From Halobacteriaceae archaeon (GTDB taxonomy: Archaea > Halobacteriota > Halobacteria > Halobacteriales > Halobacteriaceae), in assembly GCA_042216675.1 (NCBI GenBank), contig JBDGTS010000008.1, forward strand, positions 32,001-96,000: a DNA stretch of 64,000 nt. Direction: 5' to 3'. Shown here piece after piece: positions 1-10,053 of the stretch. Both the position numbers and the translations under genes were made by a program. Numbering within the stretch: position 1 is the stretch's first letter; each line of letters opens with the position of its first letter. A model generated the notes under the pieces. It saw only the letters and a list, made by a program, of their open reading frames with translations, did no database searches and was not told the DNA's origin.

Positions 1-1121
1 TCGGTGGCGTATGCGACGTTCTCGCGGACGCTGTGGTAGTCCGCGTGGGCCGCCGCCACGTCGCTGGCCGGTCGTTCGGCCACCAGTTCGAGGAAGCGCC
101 CGGCGATGTACGCGCCGTCCCGGGCGAGGCGGTACGGCGGGAACGCGACGCCGCCGTTGCCCTCGCCGGCGACGGGCACTCGTTCGCCCGCGCGTTCGAG
201 TTCGCGGACCCGCGCGAAGATGTAGGCGCTCCCGATGGGGGTGAGGTCCACCTGCCCGCCGGCGCTCTCGACGGCGTCGACCACTCGCTGGGAGACGTTC
301 ACCGCAGAGACGAGGGTGTCGCCGCTCCCCACCGCCGCGGCCGCGAACGCGGCGAACGAGGATTCCGGGGGGATTGTCGCGCCCGTCTCGTCCACGAACA
401 CCGCGCGGTCCGCGTCGCCGTCGTGAGCGACCCCCACGTCCGCGTCGGCGGCGCGCACCAGTCGCCGCAAGTCCCCGAGATGCTCCGCCACGGGTTCGGG
501 GTCCCGCCCCGGGAACCGCCCGTCCGGTTGCGCGTTCGTCGTCACCACCGAACAGCCGAGGCGACGCAGAATAGTCGGCGTCGTCGCGGCTCCGGCGCCG
601 TGGCCGGGGTCCACCGCCACTCTGAGGTTCGCGTTCGCGATGGTCGTCCGGTCCAGCGCGTCACACACCGTCTCGGCGTAGCGCTGGCCGGCGTCCTCGA
701 CGTGGCGGGTGTCGCCGACGGCGTCCCAGTCCGCCCGCCGCGCAGACCCGAACTCGTCCGCCACGGCGTCGTAGGCGTCGGGCGACAGTTCGTGCCCGGT
801 GTCGTCGTACAGTTTGATGCCGTTGTCGGCCGGCGGATTGTGCGAGGCGGTGACGACGACCCCGGGCACCCCCGCACGCTCGGCGTGGACCTGTAGCGAC
901 GGGGTCGGCTGGACGCCGAGGCGGTCCACGTCGGCGCCAGCACTGGCGGCGCCCGCGGCGACGGCGTTCGTCAGCAGCTCGCCGGTGGTCCGCGTGTCTC
1001 GCGCCACGGCGATGCGCTCGGCGTCCCACGTCGTCACCGCGGCGCGCGCCACCCGCGTCGCGAACGCGGGCGTCACCTCCGTCACCGGACCCCGCGTCCC
1101 GCTCGACCCGAACACGTCCAT
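1..1121 (-). CDS. Phosphomannomutase/phosphoglucosamine mutase family protein (3' end lies outside the window)
   Basis: Manual translation from ATG at 1121 gives MDVFGSSGTRG. The frame contains the catalytic TASHNP and the metal-binding HDGDADR motifs and is open to the window edge, so it is absent from the ORF track. Confidence 0.9.
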   Translation of the reverse strand, partial: MDVFGSSGTRGPVTEVTPAFATRVARAAVTTWDAERIAVARDTRTTGELLTNAVAAGAASAGADVDRLGVQPTPSLQVHAERAGVPGVVVTASHNPPADNGIKLYDDTGHELSPDAYDAVADEFGSARRADWDAVGDTRHVEDAGQRYAETVCDALDRTTIANANLRVAVDPGHGAGAATTPTILRRLGCSVVTTNAQPDGRFPGRDPEPVAEHLGDLRRLVRAADADVGVAHDGDADRAVFVDETGATIPPESSFAAFAAAAVGSGDTLVSAVNVSQRVVDAVESAGGQVDLTPIGSAYIFARVRELERAGERVPVAGEGNGGVAFPPYRLARDGAYIAGRFLELVAERPASDVAAAHADYHSVRENVAYAT

Positions 1122-1204
1122 GGTCGGGGCGACGGCGGCGGGGCGGAAAGCCGTTTTGACGCGCGTTCCGCAACGCTTTCGCCGGTCGGCGCGCCCCCTC
1201 CGGC

Positions 1205-1966
1205 ATGGACGAGCGCACCCAGATTGGGGCACAGCGCCAGCGAGTCCCGGTGGCCGTCGCGTCCGGCGTCGGCGTCGTCGTCGTACGCGTGGGGGGTGAC
1301 CGCGTCGGAGAGTTCACCCTCGACCACCGCTGTGAGGCCCGCGACGTGGCCGTCGCGGACGGGCGCCTCGCCGTCGCCACGCCGGAGGACGTTCTGCTCG
1401 GCGGCGACGCCACGCCCTCTGACTTCGGCCCGGCGGCCGTCGTCGGTGCCGACGGAGCGACCGTGGTCGCCGTCGACCCTGACGGGCGGGTGGCCCGCCA
1501 CGACGGCGCGTGGGAGACCTGCGTCCGCGTGTCGAGCGCTGTTCACGCCGCCGACGGGGGGTGGCTCGCCACGGCCGACGGCGTGCGCCGCATCGAAGAC
1601 GGCGCCGACCTCGGCCTCGGGGCCGTGCAGGACGTGGCCGCGCCGGGGTGGGCCGCGACGGACGACGGCCTCTATCGCCGCACCGAGAGCGGATGGGAGC
1701 GCGAGCGCCGGGGCGCGTTCGTCGCCGTCACCGTCGCGGACGGGGACGTGTTCGCTGCCACTACCGACGCGGTGGTGACGCGCATCGACGGCGCGTGGGC
1801 CGAGCGCGAGTCGCCGGTCGGAGAGCCAGTCGTCGACGTTTGCGCCGGCGAGGGCGTCTACGCTGTCACCGAACGCGGGACGTTCCTCGTCGACGCCGGC
1901 GACGGCTGGCGGTCGCGCGCGCTCGGCGTGCCGGACGTGGCGCGGATGGCGCCGCTCGGGCCGTAA
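1205..1966 (+). CDS. Conserved haloarchaeal beta-propeller-like protein
   Basis: 253-aa acidic ORF with repeated short beta-strand blades (WLATADGV, WAATDDGLY, FAATTDAV, YAVTERGT). Confidence 0.65.
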   Translation: MDERTQIGAQRQRVPVAVASGVGVVVVRVGGDRVGEFTLDHRCEARDVAVADGRLAVATPEDVLLGGDATPSDFGPAAVVGADGATVVAVDPDGRVARHDGAWETCVRVSSAVHAADGGWLATADGVRRIEDGADLGLGAVQDVAAPGWAATDDGLYRRTESGWERERRGAFVAVTVADGDVFAATTDAVVTRIDGAWAERESPVGEPVVDVCAGEGVYAVTERGTFLVDAGDGWRSRALGVPDVARMAPLGP

Positions 1967-2003
1967 CGCAAACGGATTTAATCAGGCCCCCGAATGCGGG
2001 CAT

Positions 2004-2852
2004 ATGATACTTCCCGGCTCCGCCTCCCAGTCGCTGGCCGCGGCGCTCGCGGCCGACTGCGACGAGGCGCTCGGCCGCGTCACCTACGAGAGTTTCCCCG
2101 ACGGCGAGCAGGTGGTTCGGGTGCCGGACCTGCACGGCGAACGCGCCGTCGTCGTCGCGTCGACGGCCAGCGACGCCGCACACGTCCAACTCCTGCAACT
2201 GCAGGACGCCGCGCGCGAGGCCGGCGCGAGCGAGGTGGTGACCGTCATCCCCTACATGGGCTACGCCAGACAGGACGAGGCGTTCCAGTCGGGCGAACCC
2301 GTGTCGGCGCGCGCCGTCGCCCGCGCCGTCGGAACCGGGGCGGACCGCGTCGTCGTCGTGGACCCCCACGAGGAGGGCGTCCTCGACTACTTCGGCGTCC
2401 CGGCCACCGCCGCCTCCGCCGCGTCCGTCCTCGCGGCCCCCCTCGACGGCCTCGACGAGCCGCTGTTCCTCTCGCCCGACGAGGGCGCCGTCGCCCTCGC
2501 GCGCACCGTTCGGGACGCCTACAGTCGGGGGACGGTCGACTACTTCCGAAAAGAGCGCGACTACGACACCGGCGAGGTGGAGGTGACGCCGGGCGACGTG
2601 GACGTGGCCGGGCGCGACGTGGTGGTGACCGACGACATCGTCGCTACAGGGTCCACGATGAGCGAAGCCATCGCGGCGCTTCGGGAACAGAACCCCGGCC
2701 GCATCGTCGTCGCGACGGTCCACGCGCTGTTGGCCGGGAACGCCAGAACGAAACTCGCCGCGGCGGGCGTGGACCGCGTCGTCGCGACGGACACCATCGA
2801 GGGCGCCGTCTCCTGTGTCTCCGCCGCGCCGGCCGTCGCCGACGAACTCTAA
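2004..2852 (+). CDS. prs: Ribose-phosphate pyrophosphokinase
   Basis: FPDGE, IPYMGYARQD and SPDEGA motifs plus the PRPP-binding DDIVATGST motif. Confidence 0.96.
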   Translation: MILPGSASQSLAAALAADCDEALGRVTYESFPDGEQVVRVPDLHGERAVVVASTASDAAHVQLLQLQDAAREAGASEVVTVIPYMGYARQDEAFQSGEPVSARAVARAVGTGADRVVVVDPHEEGVLDYFGVPATAASAASVLAAPLDGLDEPLFLSPDEGAVALARTVRDAYSRGTVDYFRKERDYDTGEVEVTPGDVDVAGRDVVVTDDIVATGSTMSEAIAALREQNPGRIVVATVHALLAGNARTKLAAAGVDRVVATDTIEGAVSCVSAAPAVADEL

Positions 2853-5800
2853 ACCGCGCGCACCGCGAGGTCGACGCGCACGCCTTCGACCTCTGCCTCG
2901 CGCGTCTCGTCGGGGTTCTCGACGTCGCCGAGGCGGTCCGCGCGCACCTCCTCGACGATGAGGTCCTCGCGTTCGCTGACGAGTTCGGCCACTCGCTCGT
3001 CGAAGACGGCCACGTCGAGGTGGATGCGCTCGTCCATCTCGAGGTCGAGGTCCTTGCGCATCTCCTGCACGCGCCGGATGATTTCGCGGGCGTACCCCTC
3101 GCTCTCGATGTCCTCGGTGAGGCTCGCGTCCACGAAGACGGTGCCGTTCTCGAACTCCGCGCCCGCCACGTCCTCGGGCGGTTGGCGGACGAACGAGACC
3201 ATCTCGGCGTCGAGGTCCACCCGCTCGCCCAGCGTCTCGGCCACCGCGTCCTCCAGCGCCGCGATGGTCGGCTCCTCGATGCGGGCCTCGTTGAGGGCGG
3301 TCATGACCTCGCCCGCCCGGTCACCGAACGCCGGGCCGAGAACGCTCATGTCGGCCTCGGCGCTGTACTGGAGCGCCTCGAACTCCTCGTCGGGGTCCAG
3401 AATCTCGACCGCACGGGCGTTGAGGCGGTCCGCGAGCAGGTCCTCGTGGGCCCGAATCGCGCTCGCCACGTCGTCCTCGGCGGCGTCCACGACGACGCGG
3501 CGGACGGGCCACCGGAGCTTTCGACCCGCCTGCTGGCGGGCGTGGGAGCCGGCCTCCTCGGCGGCGCGCACCGTCTCGATGCGGTCCTCCAGCGCCGGCA
3601 CGCGCAGGTCGCGGTCCACCGTCGGCCAGTCGCACATGTGGACGGTGTCGTGTTCCCTGTCGCCGGTGAGGGCGCCGTAAATCTCCTCGGTGACGTAGGG
3701 CGCGAACGGCGCGAGCAGGGCGACGACCTCGCGGAGCACCTCGTAGATGGTGGCGTAGGCCGCCGTCTTGCTCGCGGTGTCCTCCTCGGCCCACATCCGC
3801 TCGCGGACGACCTGCACGTAGTAGCGTGACACGTCCTCGACGACGAACTCGAGGATTGCGTCGAGGGCCTTGTCCTGTTCGTACGCCTCGAAGCGGTCGG
3901 TGGCCTCCCGCACCGTCGTCTGCAGGCGCGAGAGGACCCACTCGTCCACCGTCTCCAGTTCCACGTCCGCGACGTCGACGGCCGTCGGGTCGAAGCCGTC
4001 CATCCGCATGTAGGGGAGCGGGAAGCGGAAGACGTTCCACAGGATGTTGAGTCGGCGGACCATCTCGCCCGTCTCGTCGTAGGAGAACTGCGTGTCCTCG
4101 CCGCGGGCGGCCACCGAGAGCAGGAACAGCCGCATCGGGTCGGCGCCGTACTCCTCGATGACCTCTGCGGGGTCCACGCGGATGTCTTTGGACTTCGACA
4201 TCGCGCGGCCGTCGGGCATCAGCGCGTGGCCGTGCATCAGCACTCGCTCGTAGGGTGTCTCGTCGAGGGCGGCGGTGCCCATCCCGAGTTGCGACCAGAA
4301 CCACCCTCGCGTCTGGTCGTGGGCCTCGATGATGAGGTCCGCGGGCCACAGTTCCTCGAACTTCTCCTCCGTCTCGGGGAAGTCGATAGTCCCCCACGTC
4401 GCGACGGCGGAGTCCAGCCACACGTCGAAGACGTCCGGAACGCGGGTGTAGGTGGTGTCGTCCTCGGTGATGGTCAGGTCGTCGACGGTGCCCTTGTGCA
4501 GGTCCACCGACTCGGGGTCGATGTCTTGGTCGACCCGCGCCGCGAGTTCCTCCCGGTCGCCGATGACGATGGCGTCGTCCATCTCGCCGGACCAGTCGTC
4601 GGGGGTCCAGATTGGGATGGGCGTCCCCCAGTAGCGCTGGCGCGAGACGTTCCAGTCGGGCGCCTCCTCCACGAAGTCGAGAAAGCGGTTGTCGCGGGCC
4701 CACGAGGGGTACCACTCCGCGTCGTCGATGTTGTCCAGCAGGTCCTCCTTGATGTCGGTGATGGTGATGAACCACTGGTCGGTGACGATCTGGACGATGC
4801 CGGTGTCACACCGCCAGCAGTGGCCGTAGGAGTGTGTCGTCCTTCCGGACGCGAGGAGCAGCCCCTTCGCGTCGAGGTCTGCGATGACGTCGCCGTTGGC
4901 GTCGCGGACGAACTCGCCCGCGTACTCGCCGGCGGCGTCGGTGTACGTGCCGTCCTCCGCGACCGGACAGAAGGCGTCGAGGCCGAGTTCCTGCCCGCGC
5001 GCGAAGTCCTCCTCACCGTGACCGGGCGCGGAGTGGACGAGGCCCGTCCCCTCTCCCTCCGTGTCGACGTAGTCCGCGCCGTGGACTTCGAGTGCGCCCT
5101 CGCCGTCGGGGTGGGCCGGCACCTCCTCGGCGAGGGGATGCTCGTACTCGAAGCCGACGAGGTCCGCGCCGTTGAGTTCCGCCTCGACTTCGTAGTCGTC
5201 GTAGCGCCCCTCTCGCAGGACTTCCTCGACTTTCGGCTCGGCGACGTAGAGGAGGTCGCCGTCCGCGCGCACCGCCACGTAGTCGCCCTCGGTGTCGACG
5301 GCGACGAACGTGTTCGCGGGAATCGTCCACGGCGTCGTCGTCCAGATGACGAGCGACCCCTCGCGGTCGGCGAGGGGGAACTTGACGTAGATGGAGGGGT
5401 CCTCGACGTCCTCGTACTCGACTTCGTTGTTGGCGATGGCGGTCTGACAGCGGGGACACTGCGTGATGGAGCGCTTGCCCTGTTCCACGAGGCCGCGCTC
5501 GTGGGTCTGCTTGAAGCCCCACCACGCGGCCTCCATGTACGTCGGGTCCACCGTCTTGTACGGGTTCTCCCAGTCCATCCAGACGCCGAAGGACTCGAAG
5601 TCCGACTGCAGGGAGTCGAGGCTGTCCTCGGCGAAGTCCCGGCACTCCTCGATGAAGGACTCGACGCCGAACTCCTCGATGTCCCGCTTGTTCTCGAACC
5701 CCAGTTCCTCCTCCACGCGCGTCTCGATGGGCAGGCCGTGCATGTCGTAGCCGGGCCGGTCCGTGACGGCGTGGCCCTGCATCCGCTTGTAGCGGATGTA

Positions 5801-6007
5801 CACGTCCTTCAGGCTCTTGTTCCACGCGTGGCCCATGTGCGCGGACCCGGAGGTGTACGGCGGGCCGTCGACGAAGAAGAACGGGTCGCCGTCCGCCCGG
5901 TGCTCTACCGTCTGCTCGTAGGCGTTCACCTCCGCCCAGTGCTCGCGCACCCGCTCCTCCACGGCGTGCGGGTCGTACTGCTCCGCGACGTCGCCGAACT
6001 CGTCCAT
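2849..6007 (-). CDS. ileS: Isoleucine--tRNA ligase
   Basis: DGPPYTSG-HMGH (HIGH), WTTTPWT and GTGLVHSAPGHG editing-domain motifs, DWNVSRQRYWG, DQTRGWF, AMSKS (KMSKS). Confidence 0.98.
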   Translation of the reverse strand: MDEFGDVAEQYDPHAVEERVREHWAEVNAYEQTVEHRADGDPFFFVDGPPYTSGSAHMGHAWNKSLKDVYIRYKRMQGHAVTDRPGYDMHGLPIETRVEEELGFENKRDIEEFGVESFIEECRDFAEDSLDSLQSDFESFGVWMDWENPYKTVDPTYMEAAWWGFKQTHERGLVEQGKRSITQCPRCQTAIANNEVEYEDVEDPSIYVKFPLADREGSLVIWTTTPWTIPANTFVAVDTEGDYVAVRADGDLLYVAEPKVEEVLREGRYDDYEVEAELNGADLVGFEYEHPLAEEVPAHPDGEGALEVHGADYVDTEGEGTGLVHSAPGHGEEDFARGQELGLDAFCPVAEDGTYTDAAGEYAGEFVRDANGDVIADLDAKGLLLASGRTTHSYGHCWRCDTGIVQIVTDQWFITITDIKEDLLDNIDDAEWYPSWARDNRFLDFVEEAPDWNVSRQRYWGTPIPIWTPDDWSGEMDDAIVIGDREELAARVDQDIDPESVDLHKGTVDDLTITEDDTTYTRVPDVFDVWLDSAVATWGTIDFPETEEKFEELWPADLIIEAHDQTRGWFWSQLGMGTAALDETPYERVLMHGHALMPDGRAMSKSKDIRVDPAEVIEEYGADPMRLFLLSVAARGEDTQFSYDETGEMVRRLNILWNVFRFPLPYMRMDGFDPTAVDVADVELETVDEWVLSRLQTTVREATDRFEAYEQDKALDAILEFVVEDVSRYYVQVVRERMWAEEDTASKTAAYATIYEVLREVVALLAPFAPYVTEEIYGALTGDREHDTVHMCDWPTVDRDLRVPALEDRIETVRAAEEAGSHARQQAGRKLRWPVRRVVVDAAEDDVASAIRAHEDLLADRLNARAVEILDPDEEFEALQYSAEADMSVLGPAFGDRAGEVMTALNEARIEEPTIAALEDAVAETLGERVDLDAEMVSFVRQPPEDVAGAEFENGTVFVDASLTEDIESEGYAREIIRRVQEMRKDLDLEMDERIHLDVAVFDERVAELVSEREDLIVEEVRADRLGDVENPDETREAEVEGVRVDLAVRAV

Positions 6008-6053
6008 ACCGGGAGTGACGGCCCGGGAACCAAAACAGAACCGGTCTGGCCGG

Positions 6054-6284
6054 TCAGGCGCCGCGAGCGAGGACCGTACGGTAGCCGAGCATGTACGCGC
6101 CGACGTAGAGGACGACGCCGCCGAACGCCACCAGCCACAAGGCCGTCACCGTGTGGCCGGCGCTCAGTTCCTGCGCACCGGTGACTTCCGCCAGCAGGCC
6201 GACGCCGGTGATGACGAGGGCGACGGCCCCGAACACGATTGACGCCACGAGTTCGCCCGCGACTTCGGCGAGTACGTCGTACAT
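6054..6284 (-). CDS. Small membrane protein (2 TM)
   Basis: Start taken at MYDVLAE inside the 98-aa ORF; two hydrophobic segments. Confidence 0.6.
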   Translation of the reverse strand: MYDVLAEVAGELVASIVFGAVALVITGVGLLAEVTGAQELSAGHTVTALWLVAFGGVVLYVGAYMLGYRTVLARGA

Positions 6285-6379
6285 GACAGGAGATGAGCCG
6301 TCCCGTACCAAGAGCCTTCCGTGGGGGTGTGACCCATCCCCACGCAACATTTATGTGCCACATCCGACAACTCCGGGCG

Positions 6380-6604
6380 ATGACGTACAGTTCAGCGGAC
6401 TACGCACTGCTCGCGAAGCGCGGGTTCCTCGTCGGCGCCACCCTGTTGCTCGTCGGGGCCGGCGGCGAGATTCTCGGCCACGCGCTGTACGGGTCGCTCC
6501 CGGCCTGGGAGTCGACGCTGTTCACCGACATGGAGATTCTCGGCATCCTCATCGGCCTCTTCGCGCCGTTCGTCTTCGGCGTCGCCGCGCCGCTGATGGA
6601 CTGA
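6380..6604 (+). CDS. Small membrane protein (2 TM)
   Basis: MTYSSADYALLAKRGFLVG...; two hydrophobic segments; TATA-like TTTATG about 30 nt upstream. Confidence 0.7.
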   Translation: MTYSSADYALLAKRGFLVGATLLLVGAGGEILGHALYGSLPAWESTLFTDMEILGILIGLFAPFVFGVAAPLMD

Positions 6605-6661
6605 CGGACCGTGGTCTCCGGCCGGGAAACCTTCTTACTGTTGCCGGGCGACGACTCATAC

Positions 6662-7096
6662 ATGTCCGCCGACTGCCCGTTTTGTGCCATCGTCGCCGGC
6701 GAGATTCCGGCGCGCACCGTCCACGAGGACGAGACGGCGATGGGGTTCCTCGACGCGAACCCCCTCGCGCCGGGCCACACGCTCGTCATCCCGAAAGACC
6801 ACCACGAGCGAGTGGGTGACCTGCCCGCGGGCCTCGCCGAGAACGTGCTGACGACGCTCTACGACCTCGCGCCGGCCGTGGAGGCGGCCGTCGAGGCCGA
6901 CGGCACGACCATCGCGTTCAACGACGGCGAGGCCGCGGGACAGGAGGTGCCCCACGTCCACGGCCACGTCGTCCCGCGCTTCGACGACGACGGCGGCCGC
7001 CCGATTCACGCGCTGTTCGACTCGCGCCCGGACCTCGCGGAGGAGGAACTCGACCGCATCGCGGGCGACGTGGTCGAGCGCGTCTCGGACCGCTAA
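6662..7096 (+). CDS. HIT family hydrolase
   Basis: CPFCAI, GHTLVIPK and GQEVPHVHGHVVPR histidine-triad motifs. Confidence 0.93.
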   Translation: MSADCPFCAIVAGEIPARTVHEDETAMGFLDANPLAPGHTLVIPKDHHERVGDLPAGLAENVLTTLYDLAPAVEAAVEADGTTIAFNDGEAAGQEVPHVHGHVVPRFDDDGGRPIHALFDSRPDLAEEELDRIAGDVVERVSDR

Positions 7097-7129
7097 CCTT
7101 TTCGAGGGTGGGCGCGCCCAGTCCCGTCG

Positions 7130-7873
7130 ATGGCAGTCAGTTCAGCCGCGGTCCTCGGCGCCGTCGGCGGCGCGGGCGCGACCCGCCTCGCCGTCGAGTT
7201 CGGGGCGCTGTTGGCCCGCGACGACCGTGACGTGGCGATTCTCGACGCCGCCTACGCGACGCAGGGCCTCGCGCGCCACGTCGCCGACCGCATCGACCCC
7301 GACGTGACGGCGCTCGTGACAGCCGACGACCCGACGCTGGCCGACGCGCTCTCCGACCATCCACTCGACGTGCCGGGCCGCCTCGCGCTCTGCCCCGCAC
7401 ACGCCCCCTTCGAGCGCATCGCCCGCGCGAAGGCGCCCGAGGCGGCCCGCGCGTTCGAGGACCTCGTGGCGCAGGCCGCGGCCGACTTCGACCACGTTCT
7501 GCTGGACGTGCCGCCCGTCGCCGCGAACCAGTCCGTCGCCGCCGTCACCACGGCCGAGCGGGTCTGTGTGGCGTACCCGCCGACGGACCGGGGCGTCGAC
7601 GCCCTCCAGCGAACCCGGGGCCGCCTCGCCGACGTGGGCGCGGGTGCCGACCTCGTGGTGGCGAACCGCGCCGACCCGGACACAGTGCCGCCGGACGCCG
7701 ACCACGCGATACCGGCGAGCGACGCGACGACGGCCGCCGCGGCGCCGTCGTGTCTCGACGCCGGCGACCCGATGGGGCCAGCCGTCGCTGACGTCGTCAC
7801 TGCGCTGTTCGAGACGGGCCTCGACGTCGACGTGGCGGGCGGACTGCTCGACTCCGCGCGCCGCCGCCTATAG
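7130..7873 (+). CDS. ParA/MinD-like protein with degenerate Walker A
   Basis: GAVGGAGATRL in place of GGKGGVGKTT, followed by VAILDA, DHVLLDVPP and LVVANR motifs typical of the MinD/ParA fold. Confidence 0.75.
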   Translation: MAVSSAAVLGAVGGAGATRLAVEFGALLARDDRDVAILDAAYATQGLARHVADRIDPDVTALVTADDPTLADALSDHPLDVPGRLALCPAHAPFERIARAKAPEAARAFEDLVAQAAADFDHVLLDVPPVAANQSVAAVTTAERVCVAYPPTDRGVDALQRTRGRLADVGAGADLVVANRADPDTVPPDADHAIPASDATTAAAAPSCLDAGDPMGPAVADVVTALFETGLDVDVAGGLLDSARRRL

Positions 7874-8380
7874 AACGTCCTCGGGGTCGCCGACGGCGCC
7901 TGCGAGTCGGTCCCGCTTCGACGCCATCGACTCGGCGGGCGCGAGCGTCTCGTTCACCGCCTCGCGCGCCTCGGGAATCGGGTCGTGGGTCTCGACGAAC
8001 GCCCCAAGCGCGAACTCCGTCTCGCTCGCGCCCGTGAGCGAGAGCGCGTCCGTGCGTGAGAGGTCGGCCGAGAGCCAGTCACGGAGTATCTCGCGCTCCG
8101 TGGGCGAGAGCGGCGTTACGCCCTCGACGCCGAGGAGGTGGAGCGCCTTCGCCGCCGTCACGGGGACGACGCCCGCCTCGTCGGCGCTCTCGCCGACGCT
8201 CGCGCCGCCCGCGTACGTCCGCGCGACCGTCGCGGCCGCCTCGGGCGTGCAGGGTAGCGCTTCGGCCACGTCTCGCAACCGGTCCGCCAGCGAGCGGTCG
8301 GTCCGGTCGACGGACGCGACGCCCCGCGCCTGCTGTTCGGTCGTCGTCTCGATGCCGGCCGCGATGTCCGACAGCCCCAT
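7868..8380 (-). CDS. Conserved hypothetical protein, probable helix-turn-helix
   Basis: Acidic 170-aa ORF; SVGESADEAGVVPVTAAKALHLLG resembles an HTH. Confidence 0.7.
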   Translation of the reverse strand: MGLSDIAAGIETTTEQQARGVASVDRTDRSLADRLRDVAEALPCTPEAAATVARTYAGGASVGESADEAGVVPVTAAKALHLLGVEGVTPLSPTEREILRDWLSADLSRTDALSLTGASETEFALGAFVETHDPIPEAREAVNETLAPAESMASKRDRLAGAVGDPEDVL

Positions 8381-8448
8381 TACCGACTTCTGACACCTCT
8401 ATCCACTTCAAACCCTCGCACGACTGATACGCGGGCCGACAGACCGCG

Positions 8449-8483
8449 CCGAACCACCGACCGGTTACCGGTCGGTAGTTCGG
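8449..8483. promoter_or_regulatory. 35-bp near-perfect palindrome in the divergent promoter between the HTH gene and tfb
   Basis: CCGAACCACCGACCGGT-T-ACCGGTCGGTAGTTCGG: 17-bp arms with one mismatch, ending 37 bp upstream of the tfb TATA box. Confidence 0.6.
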
Positions 8484-8519
8484 TCGTAGTCACGCGGTTT
8501 CACCCGGTTTGCGGCGATG

Positions 8520-8527
8520 TTTAAATA
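8520..8527 (+). promoter_or_regulatory. TATA box of tfb
   Basis: TTTAAATA about 25-30 nt upstream of the start codon, consistent with a leaderless haloarchaeal transcript. Confidence 0.7.
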
Positions 8528-8551
8528 CTCCTTCCGGTCCAACCTTCAGGT

Positions 8552-9415
8552 GTGATGAGTCAGGCACGTTCGTCCTGTCCGGAATGCAGTGGCACCCTCA
8601 AAACCGCGCGCGACGAGACCGTCTGCGCCGAGTGCGGACTGGTCGTCGAGGAGAACCGCATCGACCACGGTCCCGAGTGGCGGTCGTTCAGCGACGACGA
8701 CACCAACCGCGAGCGAACTGGCGCACCCCTCACTCGCTCGCGTCACGACCGGGGGCTCTCGACGGAAATCGGCCGCGACACGCGGCTGAAGGGGCGCAAG
8801 CGCCGCCGCCTCGCCCGGATGCGTCGCGAACACAACCGCGCACAGATTTCCTCGAAGGCCGAGCGGAACAAGGTGTACGGCTTCACCGAAATCCGGCGGC
8901 TGGTCGGCGCGCTCTCGCTCCCCTGCGACGTGCGCGAACAGGCGTGTGTCCTCTTCGAGTCCGCGCAGACCGAGGACCTGCTCCACGGTCGCTCTATCGA
9001 AGGCTTCGCCGCCGCCGCGGTGTACGCGACGTGCCGGACGCGTGCTATCTCCCGCGGGGTGAACGAGATTCTCGACCCGGCACGCGCCGACGAGGACGAA
9101 CTCTCGGCGGCCTACGACGCGATGAATCGCGAACTCGGCCTCCCGACCGGTCCCATCGACCCCCGCGAGTACGTCCCCCGCTTCGCGACGGCCCTCGACG
9201 TGAGTGACGCGGTGGAGCGTTGTGCCATCGACCTCGCCGAGACGGCCCGCGAGGAGGGCCTCGACGTGGGCCGTAACCCGCGCGGCGTCGCGGCGGCCTG
9301 TCTCTACACCGCCGCCAAGCGCGTCGGCGCCGACCTCACGCAGGCCCGCGCCGCCGACGCGGCGGACGTGTCGCCCGCGACGCTCCGCAACACCTACACC
9401 GACCTGCAGAACTGA
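8552..9415 (+). CDS. tfb: Transcription initiation factor IIB paralogue
   Basis: Zn ribbon CPEC...CAECG, IDHGPEWRSF, ERTGAP, HDRGLSTEI, and two cyclin repeats (GRSIE; GRNPRGVAAACLY). Confidence 0.95.
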   Translation: MMSQARSSCPECSGTLKTARDETVCAECGLVVEENRIDHGPEWRSFSDDDTNRERTGAPLTRSRHDRGLSTEIGRDTRLKGRKRRRLARMRREHNRAQISSKAERNKVYGFTEIRRLVGALSLPCDVREQACVLFESAQTEDLLHGRSIEGFAAAAVYATCRTRAISRGVNEILDPARADEDELSAAYDAMNRELGLPTGPIDPREYVPRFATALDVSDAVERCAIDLAETAREEGLDVGRNPRGVAAACLYTAAKRVGADLTQARAADAADVSPATLRNTYTDLQN

Positions 9416-10053
9416 ACCGCGTCCGCCAGTTCTCGAAAGCGCGTCGCCGCCGTACTCGACGGCGCAGTCGCCGTCACCGGAACCCCACTCGCCTCAGCGA
9501 CGGCGTTCGACTCGGGAACCGCGACGACCGGCGCACCGAACGCCTCCGCGACCTGTTCTGTCGGCGCTTCGCCGCTGACCCGGTTGAGGACGACCCGGAC
9601 GAGGCCGGTGTCGAACTCCCGGGCGAGCGCCCGCGTCCGCAGGCCGTCGGCCAGCGCCGTCCGGTCCCGGGTCGTCACCGGCACGCAGGCGTCCGCCGCG
9701 AACAGCGGCAGACCGGCGTCGGCGCTCAGACCTGCGGGGCTGTCGACCACGACGGTGCCGTAGCGGGCCGCGACGGCGTCCAACACGTCCGTGAGCGCCG
9801 CGGGGTCGGCGGCGCGGGCGCCCGCCAGCGACCGGCCACACGGGAGCACGTCGACGGCGCCGCCCTCCCGCACGGCCTCGATGGGGTCCGCGCGGCCCGC
9901 CAACACGTCGTGGAGGTCCGGCCCGCGACTCGTCGGGAGGTCCGCCATCGTGAGGTCCGCGTCCACCACCACCGCGTCGAGGGCCGCGGCGAGGTTGAGC
10001 GCCGTCGTCGTCTTCCCGACGCCTCCCTTCCCACCCGCGACGGCGACGATCAT
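9394..10053 (-). CDS. MinD/ParA family ATPase
   Basis: Start MIVAVAGGKGGVGKTT (intact deviant Walker A); VVVDADL, VVVDSPAG and VVLNR motifs. Confidence 0.9.
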   Translation of the reverse strand: MIVAVAGGKGGVGKTTTALNLAAALDAVVVDADLTMADLPTSRGPDLHDVLAGRADPIEAVREGGAVDVLPCGRSLAGARAADPAALTDVLDAVAARYGTVVVDSPAGLSADAGLPLFAADACVPVTTRDRTALADGLRTRALAREFDTGLVRVVLNRVSGEAPTEQVAEAFGAPVVAVPESNAVAEASGVPVTATAPSSTAATRFRELADAVQFCRSV

